NCBI GenBank assembly: GCA_951406725.2
Contig: OX597825.1
Location: 76,694,001 to 76,758,000 of the forward strand
Source of the DNA: Octopus vulgaris
Lineage: Eukaryota
Length of the DNA: 64,000 bases
Direction of reading: 5' to 3'
Below the pieces are notes generated by a model. The model was not told the origin of the DNA. It ran no database searches and was given only the letters and a program-made list of their open reading frames with translations. Both the position numbers and the translations under genes were made by a program. Numbering within the stretch: the stretch's first letter is position 1; each line of letters begins with the position of its first letter. Below are positions 12,654-26,540 of this stretch, piece by piece.

Positions 12654-13879
12654 TATATTAAAGGGAAATAAGTATTCACTTGGTAATATTGCATCGATGA
12701 AGTTTCAACAGAAAAATTGGAAGCCATTTTGATGTTAAACCAGTATAGTTTTATGGAAGCATTTATTTTTCATTAAATTTTGCCCGCAAATTCATTTTAA
12801 AGAATTCCTGTGTAACACAGGAAAGAAGTGGGAAAGAAGAAAACATACAGCGATGGCACAAAATTATCAAGTATTCTTAATCGAGACTTTAGGCCAAAAT
12901 GGAAAACGTCAGATTTGTACTGTTATGTAAATATTTCACGCCGATCAGCCATTGCCGCGTTTACTCGCTTAGACTTCATAGCTGTGTTTGTGAATCGTAG
13001 CAGATGCATCCATGTTGTTTTTTGTCTTTTCTTTTCATTTTACTACCCTGCAACAAAAGGACAATGCACACAGCATATCGACTAAAGTCCTTTTTTTTTT
13101 CGAAATAATATTCCTCACAGATGTCCAGAGTAATCAGTCATTTGGATATGTAATAACATATACACATTAACTTATTATCATCCGGCTATATAAAAATCAT
13201 ACTGAAAAAATGTAAAAAATAAAGAAAAGAAGAAAAGAAAAATAGCTGTGTGAAGTTATTGTGAAGAAATTTATGAATGAAGTTTCATAGAAATTAGGTT
13301 ATAACACTGCAGTTTGGATAAAGCAGACATTTTAAAAAAAAACAACTTTTCATTAAATTTTAATTTCCTTTTGGGGGAGCTTTTTAAAATGTTGCTGAGA
13401 GAGAGAGAGGGAGAGAGAGAGAGATCAAGACAGAGAAATAAAGTGAGCGAGGGATATATGTATATATAAATGTAAAAATACTGAATACCTTTATCTACCT
13501 ATCTGTCTGTCTGTTTGTCTATCTATCCATGTCTCTCCTTCCCCTCCATCTATTTCTCTCTCTGTCTGTCTGTCTTTGTGTCTGTCCCCAATATATGTAT
13601 ATATGTGCATGCATGTAATTTTATTGAATTTTATTGAAAAACCACGTACCACGTATGATTACCTTACAACATACGAAAACTGTTTCGGCGTACTCATTAT
13701 ATTCTATTTGAGGTCGGGTAACTTATTTCGAACGTCAGTCGAGATGTGTTAAGTACATTGAAACAGGTCACGTATATTGAAAGGTCAGATATTTTTAATA
13801 AAATTATGGGCACATTACATTTGAAATGTATATATATATATACACATCCAGTCACGTGCTTTCACATACCAACTCACCA

Positions 13880-13910
<31 letters not shown>

Positions 13911-14564
13911 AAACTATGTATGTATGTGTATGTGTGTGTCTGTGCGTGCTCGCACACACACGCGTACACAAGCAAACGCATCGAAACTGTGATGGCTTTT
14001 GATCGATAGCTGATGAGGAACAAGCGTGTCTACCACCTTTGCATGTCTTTCCCTTCTTCGCATGTTTCGTCGTCGACCTCATATGTCACATACACACTCA
14101 CACAAACACATACACACACGCATGCGCTATCATATATATATATATAAATATACACTGTGTCCATATATCAATATTGAAATATATTCATGGTTAAATTTTA
14201 AAAAGTACTTTTTCCCTTTTTTAAAAAAAAAAACCCCAAAATTTTGTTTATTTAGAAAAAATATTAGCATTTATTGATAGGAAATGTTGATATTAAATAT
14301 CATACACTATACAACAGTCCGAATATACACTTTCACGCATGCATTCATACCAATCCACGCTTATATTACCACCAAACCACCCAATGTATATAAATATACA
14401 CCTGCGATTTCATTAAAATGAACACAGACACCACCACCACCACACACACACACACACAAAGTCATACACACTCACATACAAACACAACTCAAAATCACAC
14501 AGAAAAGCACGTACACACATACGCATACACATCTCTTATAACATGTAAATACGCAATAACGAGG

Positions 14565-14750
14565 AAGCTTCTATAGAGTTACAGAAGATGCTAGAAAAAG
14601 CAACCAAACTTTACCAAATTTCATCCCACCAATTCAATAATCTTAGATATACAACGCCCAAAAATAAGATGTGATGTTGACGCCGGGAACATTTTTGATC
14701 TTAAGTCTACTTGGTGACCGTTGACCTAGGGCTATAGAACAGCGACAATG
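14565..14750 (+). mobile_element. Old ~200 bp dispersed repeat (GCTAGAAATAGCAGC... with (AAC)n-type tail)
   Basis: Diverged matches at ~32445-32640, 37250-37420, 62335-62550, 62690-62900, and on the minus strand at ~39670-39760, 40420-40540, 40755-40840. Confidence 0.55.
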
Positions 14751-14859
14751 ATAACAAAATCGTATATAGACACATACACATCTCCTTAGAATTACATAAG
14801 TATATACCGACATACACATTATGTATATACATAAATACTGGCTGCGATTAGGTTTCTAA

Positions 14860-15400
14860 TAATGTCATCGCTTGACATCGCTCTTAAACATAAGCAGTGC
14901 AGAAGTAGCGTTCAGTCTTACCATTCTTTGGACAGACTTGGATTTCAGTCTTGCTAGGAACCTATATTATAACGCACAAATGTGGTAACGATGGGCACCT
15001 CTTACAGAAGGTGTTCACGGATCTTACCAACCATGTTGACACATGCTTTCATTCAATTATGGAATTCTTCATTGTTTTGCCTTTCCAAACTACGGTTCTC
15101 TATAGCGTCCAAAACATAATTGAGACATTATCAGAAGCGTTAAAAACCAAGTGATGCTTGTTCCTGTTTTTTTTTAATCATTTTAAAGTGAGGGTTGCTC
15201 CTTTCATAGGGACAAACACTCTCTGAACAACGTATGTATTTGCCCGAAAAGAACTAGTCTATATCTTGAGGAGAATACGAAGTCACAGATGTTACGTCAG
15301 AGTTTTCCTTCTCCTAGAGAGACGTCTAAAAGATGACTGGGATTCTCACACTCATCTGTTGAATAGTTGTTGACGCAACAGAGATCATCCACTCTTTGAC
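14860..15400 (-). mobile_element. Degenerate RTE-like LINE remnant
   Basis: Minus strand TCTAGGAGAAGGAAAACTCTGA (~15297-15318) resembles an RTE 5'UTR motif from recall; KTEIQ RT-like peptide near 14940; no intact frame. Confidence 0.35.
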
Positions 15401-15421
15401 ATACATACACGTACATACATA

Positions 15422-15720
15422 TTGAGAAATCTGCAGTTGCTCTATCCAGTTTACAAGTTCAGGTTTATACCTGTAATTATTGGGGCACTGGGATATGTAA
15501 CACACTGCCTAAATACCAAACTTGAGAAATTAAGCTTCTCAAAACCAGAATGTAGAAAGCTGATTCGAAGACTACAGATCCTAGTCATCACTGGAACTGT
15601 AAAAATCTGTAAAACTTTCCAGAAGTTTATCATTTAAGTATATATGAGCATGTCTAGATATGTATGAGAAAACATACATAAAACAAAATATACAAATCTG
15701 CACATATCCACACATACATT
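15422..15720 (+). mobile_element. 3' end of R4/Dong-type RLE LINE, subfamily A
   Basis: ORF LRNLQLLYP..FIPVIIGALG..GTVKICKTF*, typical of the RLE-LINE C-terminus; 5'-truncated at a TACATACAT tract; 3'UTR probably resumes at ~16382-16490. Confidence 0.75.
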
Positions 15721-16096
15721 GTCCTGCAGGTATAAATATCCCTTTGAAATTCAAAGAAAAATAGCATATCTATGGTCAACTGCTGCGAAACCTCCAGTTT
15801 CTATATCCAGACTAGGAATTCATATTCATACCAATAATAATTGGAGCACTAAGATTTGTTAGTAAATGCTTAAAGGAGAATCTGGATAAACTGGCATTTT
15901 CAGAAAGAGAAAATGACCGGCTGATTCGTACATTACTAGTGCAATCTGTGAGTGGAACACTAAAAATATGTAAGACTTTTCTCAAGTTCCAAATGTGAAT
16001 TTGTCTGTGTTAACTACATCCCAAAGATGAAGCCTTGTATCTCTGTTGGAAACCGGCTCTCTCCTCAGTGGAAGATTTATAATAATTAAAAAATAG
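15720..16096 (+). mobile_element. 3' end of related R4/Dong-type LINE, subfamily B (in-frame stops)
   Basis: Translates CPAGINIPLKFKEK*HIYGQLLRNLQFLYPD*EFIFIPIIIGALR..SGTLKICKTFLKFQM*, homologous to 15422-15637; followed by (TACA)n. Confidence 0.75.
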
Positions 16097-16910
16097 AAGA
16101 CACATACACACACATACATACATACATACATACATACATACATACATACATACATACATACATACATACATACATACACACACACACGTACATACATACA
16201 TACATACATAATTACATACATACATACATTATTATGGCTGCCCCCTCGTTTTCGAGTATGGCCATTGCACGAAGCTTAACTGTTACTGGTGCTGTGATCG
16301 AATGTACATACATACATACATACATACATACATACATACATACATACATACATACATACATACATACATACATACATACATAGAAAATACTTTTCTGATG
16401 TTGAAATTGCAATGAAGGAACCTTGGATCTCGATTAGAAACCGGCCTCTTTTCTATTGGCAAGAAATCTTGAAATAAAACTGAATAATGACGGATATATA
16501 TATACACGTATGCAAGCATGCGTACATACATACATGCATGCAATTATAACGACCCAGGTACTCAATGCCTACATATTTTATGAACACAGAAAGAATAAAG
16601 AACAAAATCGACCCTTGAACAATTTGATCTCAGAACGTAAAAAGCCGAAAGAAATACCGCTAACCACTCTGCCCGATGTGCTAAGGATCGGCGCCTTACG
16701 CTTATACATATGTATACACACAGACACAGACACGCACACGCTCACACACGTACATGGCATCTTTATATATTAATAGATTAATAAATAAATATATGTGCAT
16801 ATATGATTATACATATATACATACTATGTATATATATATATATATATACACACATACACGTACAACACGGCGCTCTCTTTCACACATAAAATGTATGTAT
16901 GCATGTGTGT

Positions 16911-16954
<44 letters not shown>

Positions 16955-17296
16955 GTAAATGTATACATATATATACAAATTTACATCAATAACTCCTATT
17001 ACCATGGCTATTTCACAAGAATCTATTAACAACCAGAAATGACTTACTTTACCAAATATAGATAAATTAATATTAGAGCTACACATGCACGCACAGACAT
17101 ACACACACACACAGACACATACACACACTCACACACACATACACGCATATATACACACATGCACACACAGACGCACACAATCACGCACACACAACACAAC
17201 AGAAACAAGCACACGCGGATAAAACGCACACATGAACCCACTATACATACATACATATATATATATATATACATATATATATACATACATACATAT

Positions 17297-17375
<79 letters not shown>

Positions 17376-17390
17376 CATATATATATATAC

Positions 17391-17449
<59 letters not shown>

Positions 17450-17772
17450 TATATGCATATGTATATGCATAAATTCATACATATATACATATATATATAT
17501 ATGTATGCATATATTCTACCCCTCTCTAACACACGCATGCACACATACACACACTCACACATACGCACACACACACACACACAAACGCACATAATTTAAT
17601 ATCAGGAATATCAGGAGTATAAACTGGTTGAAATAGACATTTATATCAAATAGATATCAATAAAAACTAATAATTAATCGATATATTGATAAAAAATATT
17701 GATCAATCACTTGATCAGACAATGGTAATTCAAGATTTTCTTGCTTTATTTTTCATATTTTTCTTCTTGGCA

Positions 17773-17823
<51 letters not shown>

Positions 17824-18094
17824 ACCCCTCTCCATCCTCTGCCTCTTTCTCCTTCTCCTCCTCCTCATTATCGTTGTTGTTGTTCTTGTTATGATAATTG
17901 GTTTTATTCCTCTTTCGTTATTTTATTGAAAAGAGAAACAGAATTTTATTCAAATGTTAATGAGGATGCTGGATAAGCATTCTGGCATGAGTAATAATCG
18001 TAATAACGATGATGATGACGATGATGATGATGATGATGATGATGATGGGGATATTGACGATGATAATGATAATGATGATGATGATAACTACATT

Positions 18095-18099
<5 letters not shown>

Positions 18100-18143
<44 letters not shown>

Positions 18144-18264
18144 TATATATATATACATATACATATATATACATATATATATACATATACATATATGTAT
18201 ATATACATATACATATATGTATATATACATATATATATACATATACATATATATATACACATAC

Positions 18265-18295
<31 letters not shown>

Positions 18296-18354
18296 CATAT
18301 ACATCTATATATATATACATATATATATACATATACATATATATATACACATAC

Positions 18355-18385
<31 letters not shown>

Positions 18386-18432
18386 CATATATATATACAT
18401 ATACATATATATATATATATACATATATATAC

Positions 18433-18463
<31 letters not shown>

Positions 18464-18585
18464 CATATACATATATATATATACATATATACATATACAT
18501 ATATATATACATATATATATATATATACACATATATATATACATACATATATATATATATACATACATACATACATATATATATA
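18100..18585. repeat. Long (TA)n/(TATACA)n compound microsatellite
   Basis: Directly visible. Confidence 0.95.
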
Positions 18586-19064
18586 AGGGCACTAATGCAT
18601 GAATTTGTGTGAATATATATGTAAATACAGATATAGAGAAATATGTATGTATACGCATGCAAATACATCCATCCATACGTATACACATACATATACTATC
18701 ATATACACACTTATACTTAGAGATGTGCAAAAGAGCAAGCACAGATATGTTGTGAGTTATTCGTTATACAGATACCAAAATGGAACAATTTCACACGCCA
18801 AGAAACACTTAACACTCATCTACGCATATATACACATATATGCATGCATTAATATATACTTCGGAAAATATTGTCACTCATATTTCTACTCGTATATAAG
18901 AACATTAATATATACTTAGGAATATATACCGCTGCATGTTTATACAAATTAACACATCCATATCTATGCATAAAATATATACTTAATAACTTAATATACT
19001 TGCATATATAAATATATATATATATATACATATATATATGTATGTATGTATGTATGTATATTCA

Positions 19065-19139
<75 letters not shown>

Positions 19140-19230
19140 CATACACACACACACATATATACAAATGTATATATATTGATATGTATATGTATGTGTATAC
19201 ATATATACACGTATATATATACACATACAA

Positions 19231-19288
<58 letters not shown>

Positions 19289-19438
19289 ATGTGTGTGCTT
19301 GTATACATATACACATATGTTATGTGTGCACACACATATGAATGTGCGTTTTGACATACGGCAGAGCCTCTACACGTGTTCACGTCAAAGTTACAAATTC
19401 GCCCGACAGATATATTAATGTTTAGAAATGTACACTGT

Positions 19439-19615
19439 AGGCGCATGCGTGGCTCTGATAATAAGTTTGCTTCCCAACCACAGGGTTGCGGGTTCATTTC
19501 CGTTGTGTAGCATCCTGGCTGAGTGCCTTATACTGTAGTCTCGGGCCAACCAAAGTTTTGTGAGTAGATTTGGTATGCAAAGACTGAAAAATGTTGGTGT
19601 GTTTTCGCCGTCGTA
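19439..19615 (+). mobile_element. SINE family 2
   Basis: GGCGCATGCGTGGCT..CTTCCCAACCAC..GGGCCAACCAAAG..GTGAGTAGATTTGGTA. Confidence 0.7.
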
Positions 19616-19716
19616 TATGTGTATATGTATGTATGTATGCATGTATATATGTTTGTATGTATGTATGTATGTATGTATGTATGTATGTATGTATGTATGT
19701 ATGTATATGTAAAGAA

Positions 19717-19853
19717 ATTTCAGAATGAGATTAAAATCCGAGGCTGTGAAAAATTTTAGAACATTTATAAAAAGATTCATAAATAGCTGTAAGACCTTCT
19801 ATTTATAAATGTTCTAAAATCTTCACAGCCTTGGTTTTATATCTCATTCTGAA
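19717..19853. repeat. Long imperfect inverted repeat
   Basis: TTTCAGAATGAGAT..GGCTGTGAA..TTTTAGAACATTTATAAA and its reverse complement, ~30 nt spacer. Confidence 0.85.
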
Positions 19854-20106
19854 AAAAAAATTTATATATACACATGCTGATATATGACCTACGTTGGACT
19901 CCTCATTCGCATAATCACCGAACCTGGACCTTAACTATAGTCTGTCCATAGCACTTACGCAGTATTACCTGACACCTTTGGGTCTTATTGACACCATTAC
20001 CTCTCATAACCTCTATGTATGTATGTATGTATGTATGTATGTATGTATGTATGTATGTATGTCTAAATGATGATTTATATTTGTATATATATATATATAT
20101 ATATAT

Positions 20107-20442
20107 ATGGCTCAGTGGTTAGAGTGTCAGGCTCACGATCATGAGGTAGTGAGCTCGATTCCCGGACCGAGCTGTGTGTTGTGTTCTTGAACAAGACACT
20201 TTATTTCACGTAGCTCCAATTCCCTCCTTTTTAGGAATGGGTTGCCACGTCATTGGCGCCAAGCTGTATCGGCCTTTGCCTTTCCCTTGGATAACATCGA
20301 TGGCATGGAGATGGGAGGCCAGTAGTCATGGACGGTTGCTGGTCTTCCATAAACAGCCTTGCCCAGATTTGTGCCTCGGAGGGGAACTTTCTAAGTGCAA
20401 TCCTATGGTCATTCATGACAGAAGAGGTTGGGGTTTTACCTT
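20107..20442 (+). mobile_element. SINE family 3
   Basis: tRNA-like TGGCTCAGTGGTTAGAG..CTCGATTCCC head plus TGTGTTCTTGAACAAGACAC; matches 10915-11242. Confidence 0.8.
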
Positions 20443-20501
<59 letters not shown>

Positions 20502-20680
20502 GTGTGTGTGTATATATGTATTTATGTATGTATACGTAAAGTTATATACCTACATAGGTACATGCACAGATACATATATGTATATTGGGTAAGAAAATAT
20601 TGTAGAATAGTTGCAGAATAGGATAAGCACAGATTTAGTGGTCGAAGTCCTCCACCTCCTCCTCCTGCCATCACCATAAT

Positions 20681-20742
<62 letters not shown>

Positions 20743-21223
20743 TTACTACTACTACTACTGTTGAGAGCGAATCACTGTGCAAACGCACCACAAACAAGCA
20801 TATCGCAGTTATAAGGGAAATGAAATAGTAAACAGGACCGCCATACTTGGAATGGATTTGGTTATATGCGTGTTGGATGAAGGTTACCTTGTGGAGAGGG
20901 ACAGCAGCAGCAGCAACAACAACAACAATAAAAACACAGATTTTGGGGCGAAAAAAAGAACCGAAACGTTAATATGGTTGTCGATGAGTAAAAATTTATA
21001 GGAAAATTATTTAAATTAATGTCAGAGAGGAAGTAATAAATAACTAAGGGGAAGCCAGGAATATTTCACAGATTAATGAAAGGGCATTGAAAGCTCGGGG
21101 AACAACAATAACAACAACAACCAACCTAACACCGTCGCCACCATCAACAACAACAACAACAACAACCAACCTACCATCACCACCATCACCATGAACACCA
21201 CCACCATCAACACCACCACCACC

Positions 21224-21255
<32 letters not shown>

Positions 21256-21409
21256 CAACAACAACACCAACACCAACAACTAATCTACACTCACCACCAC
21301 CACCACCAACAACAAGTGCAACAAACAACAAGAACAACAAGAACAACATCAACTTTCCGCCCCCGTCAAATCATTACCGAAACGAATTTGTCCCCTCCAA
21401 ATGGTTCTT

Positions 21410-23408
21410 TTAGTCCTTTCGTTACCATGTTTCTGTCGAAATATATTGCTTAGTTTCAATTTTGGAAAAAGCGAAGAATTTTTAGATAAAAGAATTTTAG
21501 CATTATTAATTTGGAATTTGGAACATAAATTAAGATGGAAATTCGATGGAAGTTTCTAATTTAAATTACTTTAATCCTTTTGTTACCATATTTCTACAGC
21601 AGAACATTGATTCTGTTTCAATTAATTTCGAAAATAACGAAAGATTTCGTAAAATAACTGCCATTATTAAGATGGTTTGGAATTTTGATAGGAATTATTC
21701 GTTTCGATCACTTTAACACTCATGTTACCATATTTTTTTGAAATGCACTAGCTATGGTTTAATCAATTTTGAATAAAATGAAGAATTTTGTAAAATAACT
21801 ACTGTTATTAAGCTGGTGTCAAGAACACAAATTAACACAAAATTTTAATTATAATTTAGATCACTTGAAACCCTACTAATGAAAAAAATTGTTAAAATTT
21901 ATATATGTATATGTGTGTCTGTGTCTGTGTTTTTCCCCACTGTCGCTTGTCAACCGATGTTGGTGTGTTTTCGTCGCCGTAATTAGCAGTTCAGCAAAAG
22001 AAACTGATAGAATAAGTACTAGGCTTACAAAGAATAAGTCCTGGAGTAGAATTGTCCAACTGAAGGTGGTGCTCCAGCATGGCCACAATCAAATGAGTGA
22101 AACAAGTAAAAGAATAAAAGAATATCTTTGTCACTATTGACCTGGTTTTTGAAGCATAAATTAACATAAAATTAGCATAATATTTTATGGAAGGTTTCAG
22201 TTTAGCTCACTTTAACCATTTTGTTACCATATTTCTGCTGATATACACTGCTTTTGCTTCAAATGATTTTTTAAACATAATTGCTGGTGTTAAGCTGAAG
22301 TTGGGAACATATTTTGAAATGGAATTTTGATGGAAACTTTGGATTTAGATTCCTTTAACTTATTTGTTACTGTATTTCTACCAATAAAGAATTTCGTAGC
22401 ATTGTCATTATTGAGCTTGAGACATAGATTAGTAAATGAAATGTTGATAGAATGTATAAATTTAGGTAACTTTAACCCTTTTCTTACCAGATTTCTATTG
22501 ATGAAGAATTCTGTAAAATTACTTTGTCATTATCAAGCTGATTTTATTAAGGCGGCGATCTGGCAGGATCGTTACCACGCCAGGCGAAATGCTAAGCGGT
22601 ATTTCATCTGCCGCTACGGCGAGCTGGCAGAAACGTTAGCACGCCGGGCGAAATGCTTAGCGGTATTTCGTCTGGCGCTACGTTTTGAGTTCAAATTCCG
22701 CCGAGGTCGACTTCGCCTTTCATCCTTTCGGGGTCGATAAATTAAGTACCAGCTACGTACTGGGGTCGATGTAATCGACTTAATACCTATGTCTGTCCTT
22801 GTTTGTCCCATCTATGTTTAACCCCTTGTGGGTAATAAAGAAATAGGTATTTCATCTGCCGCTACGTTCTGAGTTCAAATTCCGCCGAGGTCGACTTTGC
22901 TTTTCATCCTTTCGGGGTCAATTAAATAAGTGCCAGTTACGCACTGGGGTCGATATGATCGACTTAATCCCTTCGTCTGTCCTTGTTTGTCCTCTCTGTG
23001 TTTAGCCCCTTGTTGGTAGTAAAGAAATAGGTATTTCGTCTGTATTTACGTTCTGAGTTCAAATTATGCCGAGGTCGACCTTGCCTTTCATCTCTTCGGG
23101 GTCAATAAATTAAGTACCAGTTACGTACTGGGTTCGATCTAATCGACTGGCCTCCTCCCTCAAAATTTCGGGCCTTGTGCCTAGAGCAGAAAAGATTATC
23201 AAACTGATACCTGGGACATAAATTGACATTAAATTTTGATAGAATATTTTAGTTTGGGTCACTTTAAGCCTTTTGTTATTATATTTCTCCAGAAATATAA
23301 TAATTTTGAAAATAATAAAGACTTTAGTGAAAAAACTTTGTTATTACTCAGTTCGTGTTTGGAACTGAAGTTTTGACGGAAGATTTTCATAGATATCACT
23401 TAAAAACA
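21410..23408 (+). repeat. Diverged tandem array, ~8 units of ~120-160 bp, interrupted by SINEs
   Basis: Recurrent CACTTTAA(C)CCTTTTGTTACCATATTTCT..ATGAAGAATTT..TAAAATAACT..ATTATTAAGCTGGTG..GAACATAAATTAAC..AAATTTTGATGGAA. Confidence 0.85.
22551..23197 (+). mobile_element. Nested SINE family 1 cluster (SINE in SINE)
   Basis: GGTATTTCATCTGCCGCTACG duplicated at 22598-22618 and 22846-22866; outer repeat ATTATCAA(G/A)CTGAT at 22529 and 23195. Confidence 0.85.
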
Positions 23409-23470
23409 GGAAGCACATGCGCGCGCACACATTCACACATACATGTTTATGTGAATATATAAGAATATAT

Positions 23471-23690
23471 GAAGGCGCGTGGCCTAGGGTTGCTCTCACG
23501 ATCGCTAGATCCTGGGTTTGGTTCCCTGATTGGGCGGCGCTTTGTGTCCTTGAGCAAGACACTTCATTTCACGTTGTTCCAGTCCCCAGCAGAGTGGCGT
23601 CATTTGAAGGCTAAAACAATGCAAAGCACATTGTGACCAGCGATGTGTAACAACATTTGATAGCCAGGTCGGTCACGTGATCACGAGATG
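23471..23690 (+). mobile_element. SINE family 3 variant
   Basis: GAAGGCGCGTGGCCTAG head, TGTGTCCTTGAGCAAGACACTTCATTTCAC core, distinct tail. Confidence 0.7.
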
Positions 23691-23695
23691 TGAAT

Positions 23696-23739
<44 letters not shown>

Positions 23740-23859
23740 GTGAATATATGCATATATGTGTACATACATATATGTATGTATGAATGACACACAGACACAC
23801 ATTGTAACTCTGATGCGAAACAGAAAGAAAAATTGAGTGTTGGACTGTGAGAGAGCGAA

Positions 23860-23922
<63 letters not shown>

Positions 23923-24358
23923 TGTGAGAAGAGAAAGATTGTGTGTGTGTGTATGTATGTATGTGTGCACATGTAACTGTGTGTGTCTGTGTATGTGTGT
24001 GTATGCAAGTGTGTGTGAAAGAAAAAGAGAGACCGAATTGCTATTTAAAGAACGAACAAAGGTGGTTGGGAGAAGACAGCTACATAATATCGAACTATTG
24101 AACTGTTCATTAAATGATTGGTCCAATCAACAACAACAGCAACAACAAAACAAGAAACAAGTTGTTTTTTTTGTTAAACAAAGAATAATCTAACGAGTTT
24201 TAATAAATTGAAATTTTGAGTGTTGGGCGTGGGTGGGGAGGTGGATGGTACGTTAAATGGGTGGAGATTGTCTGTCAGAAATTGGTGTTATTTATTATGT
24301 ATCATCATCACGATCATCGTCATTGTCATCAGCAATGTCATCATCATAATCGTCATCG

Positions 24359-24391
<33 letters not shown>

Positions 24392-25298
24392 GAGATATCG
24401 ATATGCGATTGCTGTAATGATTCTTCAGTCAAAAGAAATAAATGCGTGGAAATGTGTGTGTATGTATATATGTATGTAGATGTACATGTATGTATGCGTG
24501 TATAAATGTATGTATGTATGTATGTATGTATATATATATATATAAATATTTAATATATCTATATAACACATAATAAATACATATGTGCATATGGTATATT
24601 TGACTATGATATATGTTATATATATATATATATGCATATATTAAACACACACATACGCGCACGTATATATTTATAAAATAAAATGAATTTTAAAAAATTT
24701 TCTTAGTATAAATCAATGAAAATAAAATTATCACCTTCCCCAAAGATATATATGTATGTACACACATATATAGACATGTATATAAAATAAAAACTATTTT
24801 AGTCTTGTATGCGTGTATGTATGTACGTAAGTATGTGTGTATGTATGTATGTAAGTATGTGTGTGTGTATGTATGTGTGTATGTATGTATGTATGTATGT
24901 ATGTATGTGTATTGCATATTTGGTGATGAAACGGACCCACATTAGAAAATAAATTAGTTAGCATCGTTATAGTCATCTGTAATTAACTATATTTGTTATT
25001 AATTTCTAACTTCTAACGCTTTCTGAAAATTAACGACCATTCAGTGTCTGCTTAACTGAACATTAAGAGAACACTCCGGCAAAAAAACGAAAAGGCCAAA
25101 ACCAAAAAGAAAAAGATAGAAAAAAAACCCCATGAAAATTATAAAACTTATTTTACAATTTTTGGAAGATATTAAAGCTGTAGTAAAAACTATGAAAGTT
25201 TCGTGAGTAGTATATATTGAAGTTGTGTAATTTTATACGATTCTACGCCTACATGTTTCAGTGGTAGGAATGCTACCATCGTAGAGCACCAAATTCAA

Positions 25299-25407
<109 letters not shown>

Positions 25408-25542
25408 TGTGTGTGTCTTTGACGGCCTATGAACTTCTTACCCGACCCTTCACGCGTGTGTGTGTATATATATATATATGTGAAGTATATTTGCCATTGT
25501 CGTGCAGTTACTGTCCATACCTCGTTCAGAGATTTATTATTG

Positions 25543-25585
<43 letters not shown>

Positions 25586-25844
25586 TTAATCAAATATATT
25601 CAATGAGAATACAATATACTGAAGTTTTTAATAAGTGCTCTTGGTGGGGAAATGTCAAAAACATTGAAGGTATTTAGGCATAAAATAAGAGCAGGGACAA
25701 TTACATCAAAAGTCATCACAGAAGATAATAACATTGTATTAATATTTATACATCTATCTATTAATATCTGTGAAGATTTTGATGTAATTTTCCTGCATTT
25801 ATATATAAACCTCCATAGCATCCATCACAATGACATATATAGCT

Positions 25845-26010
25845 CAAAGTTGTACAAAATACAAAAAGCAAAAGGCAGAGACAGGTGAGAGAACAAAAAC
25901 AAGGTGTATTAGTTTGACGTATGAGAAAAACTGGAAGAGTCATTGACATTTCGAGCCGACGCACCTCTACAGGAAGAAATGCGCAGAGAAAATAGATGGA
26001 GAGAGAGAAA
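25845..26010 (-). mobile_element. Short element with decayed minimal hammerhead-like motif
   Basis: Homologous to 48715-48900; minus strand CTGTAGA-G-GTGC-GTCG-GCTC-GAAA-TGTC. Confidence 0.5.
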
Positions 26011-26234
26011 AATTGTCTGGATTAACGGTTGCTCAAATGCATGCATGTATGCATGTATGTATGTATGCATGTATGCATGTATGTATTTATGTATGTATTT
26101 ATGTATGTATGTATGTATGTATGTATGTATGTATGTATGTATGTATCTATCTATCTATCTATCTGTCTGTCTGTCTGTCTGCCTGTTTCTTCGTCTCACT
26201 CTGTTTCATAAACTCACCCCCTCCCTCCCTCCCC

Positions 26235-26306
<72 letters not shown>

Positions 26307-26315
26307 CATACATAC

Positions 26316-26540
26316 ATACGAGCGGTGTTGAAAGATTCCTGGCTTTAAGGGTATCACGAAAGTCATGGCTGGAGGCTCAACTTTCCGAGTTCTTTTAAAA
26401 GACTTAGAAAAAACTGAAGGACCGCTGCAATAAGTGTGTGAATCTGATAGCGAAATATGTTCAATAAAATCATAATTAACTGACCCTCCTGTGTTTTCCC
26501 TTTACCCTAAGACACGAACTTTACAGCACCCCATCATGTA
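26316..26540 (+). mobile_element. mariner-derived internally deleted element
   Basis: TA-flanked imperfect TIRs CGAGCGGTGTTGAAAGATTCCTGGCTTTAAGGGTA / TACCCTAAGACACGAACTTTACAGCACCCC; interior encodes LEKLKDRCNKCVNLIAKYVQ*, like a mariner transposase C-terminus. Confidence 0.8.

Noticed and set aside
13980-14030. GAAAC..CTGATGAG permuted hammerhead
   Set aside because: Stems II and III do not pair
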